Positions 52,223 through 61,391 of a stretch of DNA of 64,000 bases are shown piece after piece. The translations under genes were made by a program, and so were the position numbers. Source of the stretch: Gammaproteobacteria bacterium. GTDB taxonomy: Bacteria > Pseudomonadota > Gammaproteobacteria > Competibacterales > Competibacteraceae. Each line of letters opens with the position of its first letter. Positions within the stretch are counted from its first letter, which is position 1. The stretch spans positions 27,403-91,402 of the forward strand of contig JACKNE010000016.1 in assembly GCA_024235035.1 (NCBI GenBank), given 5' to 3'. A model generated the notes under the pieces. That model did not search any database and had not been told where the DNA came from. It worked only from the letters and a program-made list of their open reading frames with translations.

Positions 52223-54481
52223 ATGATTGAATCAGCAGAAGTCTCTCTCCAGGGTGCTGAATCGACTCCTGCAACGCGCGGGAGTGGCAAGCGAAATGCG
52301 GAGGTAATCACGGTGGCAACTCCGGAGCCAGCGCCCCCGGCTCCGGAGTTGCCACCACCGGTATTCGATCCCAGCGCCGCCGAGTGGTATTTGAACCGTG
52401 AGCTGACCTGGTTGGCTTTCAACCAGCGAGTGTTACACGAAGGTCAGGACGAACGTACTCCTCTGCTGGAACGGGTCAAATTTCTGGCGATCGTCAGCTC
52501 CAATCTGAACGAATTTTTCATGAAGCGTATCGGTGGCCTCAAGCAACAGATCGGCACCCGGGTGCGGGAACTGACCGTGGACGGTCGCAGCCCCGAGCAG
52601 CAGTTGAATGAATGTCTGGTCTGCGTGCGCAATCTCGTCGACCAGCAGCGGATATTGGCTTCCCAGTTGCACAAATTGCTTAAGGAGCAGGGCATCTTTC
52701 TGCGCAGCTACAAGCGTTTGACTGAGGCTCAGCGCAAACAGATGCGGGAATACTACCTGCGCAACATTTTTCCGCTGGTCACGCCGCAAACCATGGACCC
52801 CGCCCATCCCTTTCCCTTCATCTCCAACCTGTCGCTCAATCTGTTGGTGACGGTGCGCTACGCCAACGATGACGCTAGCGGCTTGGCGCGGATCAAGGTG
52901 CCACTCGGTTCTGGAATCGAGCGCTTCCTCAAGGTCGGCGACGAGGATCTCTACGTGCCGCTGGAGGATGTGATGGCCAATAACCTCGATCTGCTGTTTC
53001 CCGGCATGGTGGTGGAGGCTTGTGAGCTATTTCGCGTCACGCGCAATGCGATTACCGAGCGCGACGAAGATCAAGCGGACGATCTCTTGCTGATGATCGA
53101 GTCGGAGCTGCGCGAGCGCAAGATTGCACCGATTGTCCGCTTGGAGGTGGAGAAAAACATGGACCCGGTGCATCGTGGCATGTTGGCCGCCGAATTGGGC
53201 TTGGACGAGGCCAGCGAAGTGTTCGAGGTGGATGGCATGATGGCGATGAAAGATCTGTTCCAGATCGTCTCGATCAACCGGACGGATTTGCACGGGTCGC
53301 CACATCATCCACTCGATCATCCCAAGCTGAGTGATAAGCGTAATATTTTCCACATCATTCGCGAAATCGGTCCGATTCTGCTACAGCATCCCTATGAATC
53401 GTTCGTGACTTCAGTAGAACGATTTTTGCGGGAAGCCAGCTTCGACCCGAAGGTGTTGGCCATTAAGATGACCTTGTACCGTACTTCGGAGGATTCGAAG
53501 ATTGTCGAATACCTGACCAATGCCGCGCAAAATGGCAAGCAGGTGACCGTGGTCGTGGAACTCAAGGCGCGCTTCGATGAAGCAGCTAACATCCGCTGGG
53601 CGAACCGAATGGAAGAAGCCGGAATCCATGTGACCTATGGCGTTCTAGGACTCAAGACACACAGCAAGGTGATCCTGGTGGTGCGGCGGGATTACAATGG
53701 ATTGCGCCGCTATGCGCATATTGGTACAGGCAACTACCATGCGGGTACTGCCCGCATGTACAGCGATCTTGGCCTGCTGACCTGTGATCCGGTCATCGGC
53801 GAGGATCTGACCGAGTTGTTCAATTACCTGACCACCGGTTATGTGCCTAAACGCAATTATCACAAGCTACTACCGGCGCCCAAGGTGCTCAAGCCGGCGC
53901 TGTTGGCCAAGATCGAGCGCGAAATTGACCACGCCAAGGTAGGTAAAGCTGCATTGATCCAATTCAAGATGAATGCCTTGGAGGACAAGGAAGTGACCGC
54001 AGCGCTGTACCAGGCTTCGCAAGCCGGCGTCAAGATTGATCTCATCGTTCGTGACACGTGTCGGCTGCGGCCAGGCATTCCAGGGATCTCGGAAAACGTG
54101 AAAGTGATCAGTATCGTGGGTCGATTTCTGGAACACACCCGGATTTTTCATTTCTACAATGACGGCGCCGATGAATACTTCATCGGTTCGGCAGACTGTA
54201 TGCAGCGCAATCTGGAAAGCCGGGTCGAAGTGGTGGCGCCCATTGATACCCTGGATTTGCAACGAGAGTTGCAGCAGATTCTGGATGTGCAACTGAATGA
54301 CCGGCGCAGTGCTTGGGATATGCAGTCAGATGGAACTTATCTGCAACGTGTGCCTGGTGAGAGTGATGATCCACGAGGTTCTCAGCAGATTCTCATCGAA
54401 CTGGCGGAACGACGGCAGAAGGAGGCCCAGCGGCTGAAGAAGCGCAAGCCCAAAGGCATTGCCCGGCGGGCCATCGCTTGA
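52223..54481 (+). CDS. ppk: polyphosphate kinase 1
   Basis: 752 aa. PPK1 homology starts at about residue 55 (YLNRELTWLAFNQRVLHEG...). The two PLD-like HKD regions are present (GLKTHSKVILVVRR; RFLEHTRIFHF). The Pro-rich N-terminal extension may mean the true start is downstream. Confidence 0.9.
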   Translation: MIESAEVSLQGAESTPATRGSGKRNAEVITVATPEPAPPAPELPPPVFDPSAAEWYLNRELTWLAFNQRVLHEGQDERTPLLERVKFLAIVSSNLNEFFMKRIGGLKQQIGTRVRELTVDGRSPEQQLNECLVCVRNLVDQQRILASQLHKLLKEQGIFLRSYKRLTEAQRKQMREYYLRNIFPLVTPQTMDPAHPFPFISNLSLNLLVTVRYANDDASGLARIKVPLGSGIERFLKVGDEDLYVPLEDVMANNLDLLFPGMVVEACELFRVTRNAITERDEDQADDLLLMIESELRERKIAPIVRLEVEKNMDPVHRGMLAAELGLDEASEVFEVDGMMAMKDLFQIVSINRTDLHGSPHHPLDHPKLSDKRNIFHIIREIGPILLQHPYESFVTSVERFLREASFDPKVLAIKMTLYRTSEDSKIVEYLTNAAQNGKQVTVVVELKARFDEAANIRWANRMEEAGIHVTYGVLGLKTHSKVILVVRRDYNGLRRYAHIGTGNYHAGTARMYSDLGLLTCDPVIGEDLTELFNYLTTGYVPKRNYHKLLPAPKVLKPALLAKIEREIDHAKVGKAALIQFKMNALEDKEVTAALYQASQAGVKIDLIVRDTCRLRPGIPGISENVKVISIVGRFLEHTRIFHFYNDGADEYFIGSADCMQRNLESRVEVVAPIDTLDLQRELQQILDVQLNDRRSAWDMQSDGTYLQRVPGESDDPRGSQQILIELAERRQKEAQRLKKRKPKGIARRAIA

Positions 54482-55395
54482 AAGCGGTCACGCCTGTCAA
54501 GGCCGGTTCGGTTGAGTTAGCCGCCGAGATCAGCAGCGATGAGGCTTTCGTCGCCATCATCAGTGCTTGCTTGAAGCATGCTGAGGCCAATCGTCCAGCG
54601 GTGCTGGACGGTCAGATTGAAGGGATTCATCAAATGCGGGTGGCATTCCGACGATTACGCTCCGGCCTCAAAATCTTCCGGCCATTGATCCCGCGTGCAG
54701 CCAGCTCCGCTTTGGTCGAGGACCTGCGCTGGCTGAACGGGTACTTGGGGCCGGCCCGTGACTGGGATGTGTTCTTGGAAGAAGGCATGGCGCCAGTGTT
54801 CGCCCATTTTCCACGCAAGCGCAGTCTGTTGCTGTTCCAGCGCAAGGCGACGACTATTCGCCAGCGCCACCACCAGACCTTGCGAGAAGCGTTGCAACAA
54901 TCCCACTATGCATTGATGTCGCAGCGTTTTGCTGACTGGCTGGATCGCTGTGCCTGGCGGGATGGTTTGCACGTCGAGCAACAGGAGCGGTTGCTGGAGC
55001 CGGTTCTGAATTTCTCGACTTCACTGCTCGAACAGGAGCATCGGCGGGTAGTAAAACGAGGCGAGGCGTTTGCGGAGCTGTCGGCCGAGGAGCGGCACGC
55101 TCTACGAATCCACATCAAGGAATTGCGCTATGCACTGGATTTTTTCTCCAGCCTGTATTCCACCCCAATGGTCAAGGCTTATTTAGGGGCGATGTCTCGA
55201 TTACAGGACTGCTTGGGAATCCTGAATGACATTACAGTCGCTCGGCGCCTGCTGGAAGAGGCCGGGTTGAGCGCCGCCTCGGTTGCCCGGCAAGTGATCG
55301 AGGGCTGGTACGGTTGTCGGCTGGATCAGCATGAACACCAGTTTGCGGAAGTTTGGCGACAATATCGGCAATGCGAACGTCCCTGGATCGATTGA
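54478..55395 (+). CDS. CHAD domain protein
   Basis: 305 aa with the CHAD helices (IHQMRVAFRRLRSGLKIF, LRIHIKELRYALDFF). A TTG start overlaps the ppk stop; the start is uncertain. Confidence 0.8.
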   Translation: MKAVTPVKAGSVELAAEISSDEAFVAIISACLKHAEANRPAVLDGQIEGIHQMRVAFRRLRSGLKIFRPLIPRAASSALVEDLRWLNGYLGPARDWDVFLEEGMAPVFAHFPRKRSLLLFQRKATTIRQRHHQTLREALQQSHYALMSQRFADWLDRCAWRDGLHVEQQERLLEPVLNFSTSLLEQEHRRVVKRGEAFAELSAEERHALRIHIKELRYALDFFSSLYSTPMVKAYLGAMSRLQDCLGILNDITVARRLLEEAGLSAASVARQVIEGWYGCRLDQHEHQFAEVWRQYRQCERPWID

Positions 55396-55471
55396 GGGTT
55401 TTTCTTGGCAGGCGGCTACAATCAGTGGGAGGATGCTGTTTCTCTTTCTTCGATTCTGGAGCTTTGCAACC

Positions 55472-56800
55472 ATGTCTGAATCCACGCTCACCCAGCGACT
55501 GACCGAACTGATCATGGCCAAGCCGGTTGCTGCGGCCGATCTGGAACAGGCGGCCTTGTTGACGCTGGATGCGATGGCTAATGCGATGGCGGGGCGGATT
55601 AGCGATCCGGGGGCTATTTTGCTCCGATGGGCGGGGGCGACCGGAGTGACGGATGCCGAGCGCAACGCCTTCTTGCTCGGATCGCTGACGCATATCCTGG
55701 AAACCGACGATCTGCACCGCGCCTCGGTGGTGCATCCAGGCTGTGTCGTGGTGCCGGCTGCCTGGGCGGTGGCGGTTCAAGAAGGCATTCGTGGTCACGC
55801 CATGCTCAAGGCGGTGTTGTGGGGGTTCGAGGCCGTGACCCGTGTGGGGATGGCGGTTGGGCCTGCGCATTACCGGATTTGGCATAACACGGCGACCTGT
55901 GGGCCTTATGGTTCGGCGATGGCGACAGCGGCGTTGTTGCATCTCGACCCGGTAGCGACGGTTCACGCACTGGGCAATGCGGGTACGCAGTCTTCGGGGC
56001 TTTGGCAATTTCTGGAAGCCGGCGCTATGACTAAGCATTTGCATGCTGGGCGAGCCGCCGAAGCAGGCGTATTGGCAGCTAGTTTGGCGCGCTTTGGCTT
56101 TACCGGCCCACCGAATATTCTGGAAGGCGCCAAGGGTTGGTTTACAGCGACCTGTCCTGATGCCGACCCTGAGGCGGTAATCCGCGATCCGGAAGCGCCT
56201 TGGCAATTGTTGCAAACGTCGATCAAACCCTGGCCATCCTGCCGGCATACTCACCCGGCGGTCGATGCGGCTCGTGAATTGCGGCATCAGGTTGCGGTAG
56301 AAACCATCGAACAGGTCGAAGTGGAAACCTATGCCGCCGCCCTGGAAGTTTGCAACCGACCACTGCCGCAGAGCGACTACGAGGCTAAGTTTTCTCTCCA
56401 ACACTGTGTCGCAGCGGCGCTGACCCACGAGCACGTCGATTTTACCGTGTTTGCCGAACCGGTGCGGTCGGAATTGGCGGCCTTGCGAGAACGGGTTGTG
56501 TTGCGCCTGGCTGAACCGTATGCCTCCGCCTACCCACGAGCCTGGGGTAGTGCGGTGACCGTGACCATGCGCAGTGGTGAACAGTTGACGGTGCGGCGGA
56601 CCCACGCCAAGGGTGATCCCGAGGCTCCGTTGTCGCCTGTCGAGTTGATCGCCAAGGCGCGGACGCTGATGAATTACGGTGGAGTGCATGAGGCTGATCG
56701 GTTGATCGACGCGATTCTGGCGCTGTCCGACGATTCGGTGTTGCCAGCATTGCCAGAGATGCCGGTTTTTTTGGCAGTGCAGCAAAATTCTGGGGTATAA
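55472..56800 (+). CDS. MmgE/PrpD family protein (2-methylcitrate dehydratase-like)
   Basis: The start is placed at MSESTLTQRLTELI (the ORF is open from 55331). About 442 aa with the PrpD-like pattern (LDAMANAMAG, HILETDD, HPG, KPWPSCRHTHP). Confidence 0.8.
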   Translation: MSESTLTQRLTELIMAKPVAAADLEQAALLTLDAMANAMAGRISDPGAILLRWAGATGVTDAERNAFLLGSLTHILETDDLHRASVVHPGCVVVPAAWAVAVQEGIRGHAMLKAVLWGFEAVTRVGMAVGPAHYRIWHNTATCGPYGSAMATAALLHLDPVATVHALGNAGTQSSGLWQFLEAGAMTKHLHAGRAAEAGVLAASLARFGFTGPPNILEGAKGWFTATCPDADPEAVIRDPEAPWQLLQTSIKPWPSCRHTHPAVDAARELRHQVAVETIEQVEVETYAAALEVCNRPLPQSDYEAKFSLQHCVAAALTHEHVDFTVFAEPVRSELAALRERVVLRLAEPYASAYPRAWGSAVTVTMRSGEQLTVRRTHAKGDPEAPLSPVELIAKARTLMNYGGVHEADRLIDAILALSDDSVLPALPEMPVFLAVQQNSGV

Positions 56801-56889
56801 CTTATTGTTTGCGCAAAACAATGTTGTTTTTTGCCGAAAAACAACGAAAAATAGTATGTTTGCTCTAAATCTTTTGTTAGAATAGCTCC

Positions 56890-56976
56890 CGTGCGGTGGA
56901 CATATGGCTTCTGCTCAGTCTACCGCGCATCCTCCTTTGGTGGTTTTTGGCCGGGTATTCTTACCCGGTCTTTTTT
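56890..56976 (+). ncRNA. candidate small RNA (unnamed) with its own promoter and intrinsic terminator
   Basis: - Extended -10 promoter TGtTAGAAT (56875-56883).
- 5' hairpin gtgcggtgga (56891-900) / tctaccgcgc (56919-28).
- Single-stranded CAUCCUCCUUUGG (CCUCCU at 56931-36).
- 9-bp GC-rich terminator hairpin ggccgggta-ttct-tacccggtc (56949-70) followed by TTTTTT (56971-76).
The 5' end is a guess. Confidence 0.45.
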
Positions 56977-56988
56977 ATTTTCAGACAT

Positions 56989-57010
56989 GAAAAACCCCGC
57001 ATGCGCGGGG
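56989..57010 (-). terminator. rho-independent terminator of the yccA-like gene
   Basis: On the minus strand: ccccgcgcatgcgggg hairpin followed by TTTTT(c)A, about 30 nt after the stop. Confidence 0.7.
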
Positions 57011-57041
57011 CTGGCATGACAATGTTTAAGTTGAGATTCAA

Positions 57042-57725
57042 TCAGTCATCGCCGGACATGATGCCCAGGATTTGCAGCAGGCTCAGAAGCAGGTTGAAAA
57101 TCGTGATGTACAGGGTAACGGTGGCCATGATGTAGTTGGTTTCGCCACCGTGGATGATCTCGCTGGTTTGCCAGAGGATCATACCGGACATCAGCAGGAT
57201 GAACATCCCGGATACCGCTAGCGACAACGCCGGTATGTTGAATAGCATCGCGCCCAGGCTGACCAGAAAAGCGACCAAGACGCCGACCATCAAGAACCCG
57301 CCCATGAAGCTAAAGTCCTTGCGGCTGACCACTGCGTAACCTGACAGGGCCAGGAAGATCACTCCAGTGCCCGCCAGTGCGGTCATGACTACCTGCGAAC
57401 CATTGGGCAGATTCAGGTACAAGTTCAAGATCGGGCCTAGCGTGTAGCCCAGAAATCCGGTCAGGGCAAAGACCGCCGCCAGTCCCCAGACACTATTGCG
57501 GAGATGAGTGACGACGAACAAGAGGCCAAAGTAACCGCCCAGCGTGATGAGCCAGTGCAAAGGCGCGGCATTCGTGGCCATGGCGAAACCGGCCGTGAGG
57601 CCGCTGAACAGCAGTGTCATCGACAATAATAAATAGGTATTGCGGAGCACCTTATTGCCGACCGATGCTTTACCCAGCGTCAGTGTGACGGGCGCTTTGG
57701 TCAGTACGTCATTTCTCTGCATCAT
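57042..57725 (-). CDS. yccA: BAX inhibitor-1 / YccA family membrane protein
   Basis: 227 aa with seven hydrophobic segments and a typical YccA/BI-1 C-terminus (FNLLLSLLQILGIMSGDD). Confidence 0.85.
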   Translation of the reverse strand: MMQRNDVLTKAPVTLTLGKASVGNKVLRNTYLLLSMTLLFSGLTAGFAMATNAAPLHWLITLGGYFGLLFVVTHLRNSVWGLAAVFALTGFLGYTLGPILNLYLNLPNGSQVVMTALAGTGVIFLALSGYAVVSRKDFSFMGGFLMVGVLVAFLVSLGAMLFNIPALSLAVSGMFILLMSGMILWQTSEIIHGGETNYIMATVTLYITIFNLLLSLLQILGIMSGDD

Positions 57726-57954
57726 GGTTGGTAGAACCTCCTCAGGGTTTGGAAACTGTCAGTAATTGACCGTGTAAAGGTGCAAGCAGTTCATTCAAAA
57801 TGCCGCGCTAACAATAGCAGATGCTTTTTACCATAATAAATCACTAAAGAAACAATATATTAGGCTAGTATTGATTGGGGGCTGTTTTTCGGCTAAGTGT
57901 GCCGGGGTATGTGCGGATGTCCAGCGGAAACCGATCATTGCAGCATGTAACCTT

Positions 57955-58272
57955 TCATCGGTAAAATACCGCCAGCCAAATGGTCGGGCAAGCGGTGAAT
58001 GTCACCCGATGGCGGGTGTGCGCCGGCAGGTTCAGCGAATCGCCCCGCGTCAATCGAACCTGCTCGCCCGTTGCGAATGTAATCTCGGCCTCTCCCTCCA
58101 ACAGCGCCACCCACTCATGTTCGTCCTGGTCGTACCAAAACCCCTCCGGCGAAACGTGGCCGTTGGACACAATACGTTCAATGCGCACAGCGTCATGCCG
58201 GAGCAATTCCGTAAAGATTTCTCCAGTGTGATCGCCGGGTAGGGAATTCAGTAGATTGGTCGTGGAGCGCAT
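57955..58272 (-). CDS. cupin domain protein
   Basis: About 105 aa from the internal ATG (MRSTTNLL...) with a cupin_2-like core (HEWVALLEGEAEITF...LNLPAHTRHRV). The longer ORF to 58398 has an implausible N-terminus. Confidence 0.65.
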   Translation of the reverse strand: MRSTTNLLNSLPGDHTGEIFTELLRHDAVRIERIVSNGHVSPEGFWYDQDEHEWVALLEGEAEITFATGEQVRLTRGDSLNLPAHTRHRVTFTACPTIWLAVFYR

Positions 58273-58504
58273 CACCGTCTCTTCGTCGATTGAATGCAGG
58301 ATACCTGATTTCGTTTCAGGGTTGGTGTAGCACCCCTGTCGGGCTGCTCTTTGCCATATTATTGTATTTAATGAGATTAATGCAGAAAAATTCCTCAATA
58401 AGTTGAAAATTTCCTGTCATTGGACTACGAATTACGAGATCGTATTTTTTGCAGGTCGTGGTCAACCTTGCCTATTCCATCTCGTGATCAATCGGAGCCG
58501 CCTC

Positions 58505-59155
58505 ATGTCCGATCCTAACGCACTGCATCCCGATCAACATCGGTTCAAGAATCTCACAAACGATCAAGTTCGCCGCCTACAGAAAATAATGGATTTTGCG
58601 GTGATTTCCATTGACCATGCGATCAAGCGGTTGCAACCGATGATCAGTCCTCCCGTCGGTTGCAATCCGGCTGAGCGCTGGAACCGCGAGAATTACCATT
58701 GCTGGTGGGGGGAGTTCGATGCCCAGCGAAGTTCACGAACAGCGCAGTTATGTGTAACGCGCTATCAGGCGGTGAAAGGCAAACTCAATACCTCGAAGCT
58801 TCGCTTCAAGCTACGCAAGGAAGAGCGTTACACGAACGTTGCGCCTTATTGGGGTTGGCGGATTTATTTGGGAGCGAACTTTTTTCGATCGAGGTCACTT
58901 GATTCGCTCTCTACGTTAATCCACGAATTGTTCCATCTAATAGGACTTGTCGATCTACGCTACTCGCGTGATGCGTGCGTGACGCTGGCCCAGACATTGC
59001 CCATACTTGCTCGCGGCAATCCCGATAATTACGCCTATTACGCCCTCGATTGCTACCGTAATCAACTGTCTGGCGCTAGTCATTTGGCGATGGACGATCC
59101 GTATTGCCAGTTGGCGCGACAAGATCATGGTTCAATAAGATTGCCGGGCACCTAG
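58505..59155 (+). CDS. M35/aspzincin-like metallopeptidase domain protein, no signal peptide
   Basis: GGAG lies 7 nt before the ATG at 58505. 216 aa with HExxH (LIHELFHLIG). Downstream is D..YS..AC..LA......GNPDNYAYYA, resembling the aspzincin GTxDxxYG / NADsY region. Confidence 0.6.
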   Translation: MSDPNALHPDQHRFKNLTNDQVRRLQKIMDFAVISIDHAIKRLQPMISPPVGCNPAERWNRENYHCWWGEFDAQRSSRTAQLCVTRYQAVKGKLNTSKLRFKLRKEERYTNVAPYWGWRIYLGANFFRSRSLDSLSTLIHELFHLIGLVDLRYSRDACVTLAQTLPILARGNPDNYAYYALDCYRNQLSGASHLAMDDPYCQLARQDHGSIRLPGT

Positions 59156-59321
59156 CAATTCGTAGCGAATCTGTCGGGCAACACAATGTTTTTACCCGAT
59201 CGACCAGGCTGCCTGGCTGTTTCCGAGATAGGTCGGGTGCGGGTACCCGATAGGCGCACGTTCGGAGGAACCTAGCGGGTCACAGTTGTTGCCGCCGACA
59301 ACGTGGTCGAGTGATGGGGGT

Positions 59322-59780
59322 TTAGCGCCCTCCGGTGTGCGGAACGGCGTGGAGATCCAGGGCGGTGCAGGTTTCTTCGTAGGCTTGGTTCAGCCATCTA
59401 CGCTCGGCGGCGGGTTCGCGTGCGTTCAGGGCATGGAGTTCGGTTTCGATGTCTACGAGACGGTCATCGGGGGTCGTTTGTAGCCGACTGAGCAGTAGAA
59501 TCCATTGGCGTTTGAGATCGGCATGGAGGCTAAACTTGCCCAGCATCCCGAATGCGAGGACCGCACCATTGAGCAATGCGGCGATTAGAGCGATCCCGGC
59601 CACGATCCAACTTTTGTAGGGGATGGTTTCTAATAGGGCGATGAAGGCGGCGCTGCTCAGGATGAATGAGACAAAGGAGGTCCAATTTAGCCAGTTTCCA
59701 TAGCGTCGCTCTAGATTTTCGTGGTAGCGGATGTTCATCCGTGCTTGAAATTGCAGCTCATGCCGAGTCAGTTCAGCCAT
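59322..59780 (-). CDS. 2-TM membrane protein, SLATT/DUF4231-like (tentative)
   Basis: GGAGA lies 9 nt before the ATG at 59780. 152 aa with an N-terminal helix (ARMNIRYHENLERRYGNWLNW) and two TM helices (TSFVSFILSSAAFIALL, WIVAGIALIAALLNGAVLAF). A helical tail follows (FSLHADLKRQWILLLSRL). The topology pattern is that of SLATT-type proteins. Confidence 0.45.
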   Translation of the reverse strand: MAELTRHELQFQARMNIRYHENLERRYGNWLNWTSFVSFILSSAAFIALLETIPYKSWIVAGIALIAALLNGAVLAFGMLGKFSLHADLKRQWILLLSRLQTTPDDRLVDIETELHALNAREPAAERRWLNQAYEETCTALDLHAVPHTGGR

Positions 59781-60082
59781 GCTTTTTCTCCGGTTGAGGT
59801 CGCGGCTTAGGGGGAGGGACCGGGCGCGGTGGATAGTGCTCATGGACTTGTCCAGGCTCTTTGGGATCGGGTCTCTGGGTTGAGGGGTTTTTCGGTCCCA
59901 GGGGGTGGTCATTTTTTACCATCGCGCGTTCAACAGTCGGATCAGATCTCTTGCGTATTAGACCAGAGCGTATGGGGTTTGTGCAGTCGTCGATTGGGGT
60001 GAGACCGTCGTAGTGGAAGGAACTCGCTGAGTCGGGGAGCATCCCTCTTGAATTAGCGCTTTGGATAGATCCACGGCCTTCA

Positions 60083-60718
60083 TTAGGCGTTTCTCTGCTC
60101 AGTAGCTAGCCGCACTGCCAGGCCGCCTAGCATGACACCCATAAAATAACGCTGAACCCGAAGCCACACAGGATGATGACTGAACCAGCGCGCAAGCTCG
60201 GCAGCAGATAACGCGATGGCTAGATTTACTATGAAACTCACTCCAATCTGGACGCAGCCCAATAAAATACTTTGAAGGAATACTGAGCCGTGTTCTGGCG
60301 AAATAAATTGGGGGAAGATGGATAGATAAAACGCTGCGATCTTTGGATTGAGCGCATTCGTAACAAAACCCATGGTGAAGAGCTTGTGAGCGGGTTCGAT
60401 GGGCAATGCATGTGGCTCGAAAGGTGAACTAGCGCCCGGTTTGAGCATTTTCCACGCTAGATAGAGGAGGTACGACGCACCCAGCCATTTGACGATTTCA
60501 TAAGCAAATGGGATAGCCAAGAACAGCGCAGTAATACCCAATGCCGCCGCGAACATGTGAACCACGAACCCTGCGATTACGCCGAGCAGCGAGATGACGC
60601 CCGCGTTTCGCCCTTGGCAGATGGATCGCGATATTAAATAGATCATGTTTGGGCCGGGGCTCAGCACCATAACCAGAGCAGCAAGAGCGAAAATAATCAG
60701 TTCATTTGCAGGAATCAT
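60083..60718 (-). CDS. LysE/RhtB family amino-acid efflux protein
   Basis: 211 aa from MIPANELIIFALAALVMVLSPGPNMIYL, the typical LysE-family N-terminus. Six hydrophobic segments. Confidence 0.85.
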   Translation of the reverse strand: MIPANELIIFALAALVMVLSPGPNMIYLISRSICQGRNAGVISLLGVIAGFVVHMFAAALGITALFLAIPFAYEIVKWLGASYLLYLAWKMLKPGASSPFEPHALPIEPAHKLFTMGFVTNALNPKIAAFYLSIFPQFISPEHGSVFLQSILLGCVQIGVSFIVNLAIALSAAELARWFSHHPVWLRVQRYFMGVMLGGLAVRLATEQRNA

Positions 60719-61051
60719 AGGGCGGTATTCTCTTGCGTAACGTAGCGGTGACCGGCAGCTACAGTGCAGCAAAGGCTATTCATTTTTACTTCCACATTAC
60801 CTACGCACCCGCCTTCAGCCGCGGTTTGCCAGAGCGAAGCGGCGGCAAATACGTCGGCTGGAAGGCATGGCTGGACCTCATTGCTCATCCTCCGGACGCA
60901 GAGGCGAGTGTGACTACTGAACCGCCTGAAGAATTCCGACACAAGCCGTTGCCCGCCTGACGAGGTGGGCTGACGCGAAAAGGCCGCAGGAGTTTCAAAC
61001 GGGGCCTCTACTCCACCTGCATTGCTCGAAATCTTCAGCACGGCATTCATG

Positions 61052-61111
61052 AGGTCACGCCCCAATAACTGGCATGCGTAGCATGTCCATGTTGATTGGC
61101 TGGTTAGCTGC
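61052..61111 (-). repeat. attC-like site e (last in the array, degenerate R' core)
   Basis: Minus-strand reading:
- R'' GCAGCTAAC;
- L'' AATCAAC;
- loop ATGGACATGCTACGCATGCCA;
- L' GTTATTG;
- R' GTGACCT (GTG instead of GTT).
R'' is a 9/9 reverse complement of the R' of site d. Confidence 0.6.
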
Positions 61112-61118
61112 CAATAAA

Positions 61119-61391
61119 TCAGTAGTGGTAGCGACATGAAATCACTGTGATAGCCTGATTATCTACTGCATAAACAAAGCGGTTTGTGTCATCAATCCGG
61201 CGTGACCAGAATCCTGCTAAGTTCTCTTTCAACGGCTCGGGCTTACCAATGCCTTCGAATGGAGAACGCTTAACATCATTAATCAGTTTGTTGATACGTT
61301 TAAGCGTTTTCTTATCTTGGGTTTGCCAATACAAGTAGTCGTTCCAAGCCTCATCTGTCCAAGATAGTAATCGTTGGCTACTACTCATCAA
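61119..61391 (-). CDS. yoeB: YoeB/Txe family toxin
   Basis: About 89 aa, LLSWTDEAWNDYLYWQTQDKKTLKRINKLINDVKRSPFEGIGKPEPLK...WSRRID..NRFVY...ISCRYHY. Overlaps the antitoxin gene by 11 nt. Confidence 0.92.
   Translation of the reverse strand: MMSSSQRLLSWTDEAWNDYLYWQTQDKKTLKRINKLINDVKRSPFEGIGKPEPLKENLAGFWSRRIDDTNRFVYAVDNQAITVISCRYHY

Noticed and set aside
55232-56821. 529-aa ORF on the minus strand spanning the whole PrpD-family gene
   Set aside because: It is antisense to a gene with clear family motifs. Its translation is Arg/Pro/Gly-rich and low-complexity with no recognisable domain. This is a typical shadow ORF in GC-rich DNA.
56896-57135. 79-aa plus-strand ORF in the PrpD-yccA gap
   Set aside because: It reads through two intrinsic terminators and into the antisense strand of yccA. 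The region is better explained by the sRNA candidate plus the yccA terminator.
60083-61051. LysE gene and the roughly 330-bp spacer as an additional integron cassette
   Set aside because: A GTTACGC lies 16 nt before the LysE start, but I could not find a matching R''/L-box partner. No attC-like palindrome follows the LysE stop either. The preceding attC e has a degenerate core, so the array most likely ends there.
60715-61137. 140-aa minus-strand ORF, and a 75-aa plus-strand ORF at 60733-60960, between LysE and yoeB
   Set aside because: The 140-aa ORF overlaps the yoeB 3' end and attC e. Neither ORF has an SD or motifs. The composition looks like non-coding or decayed DNA.
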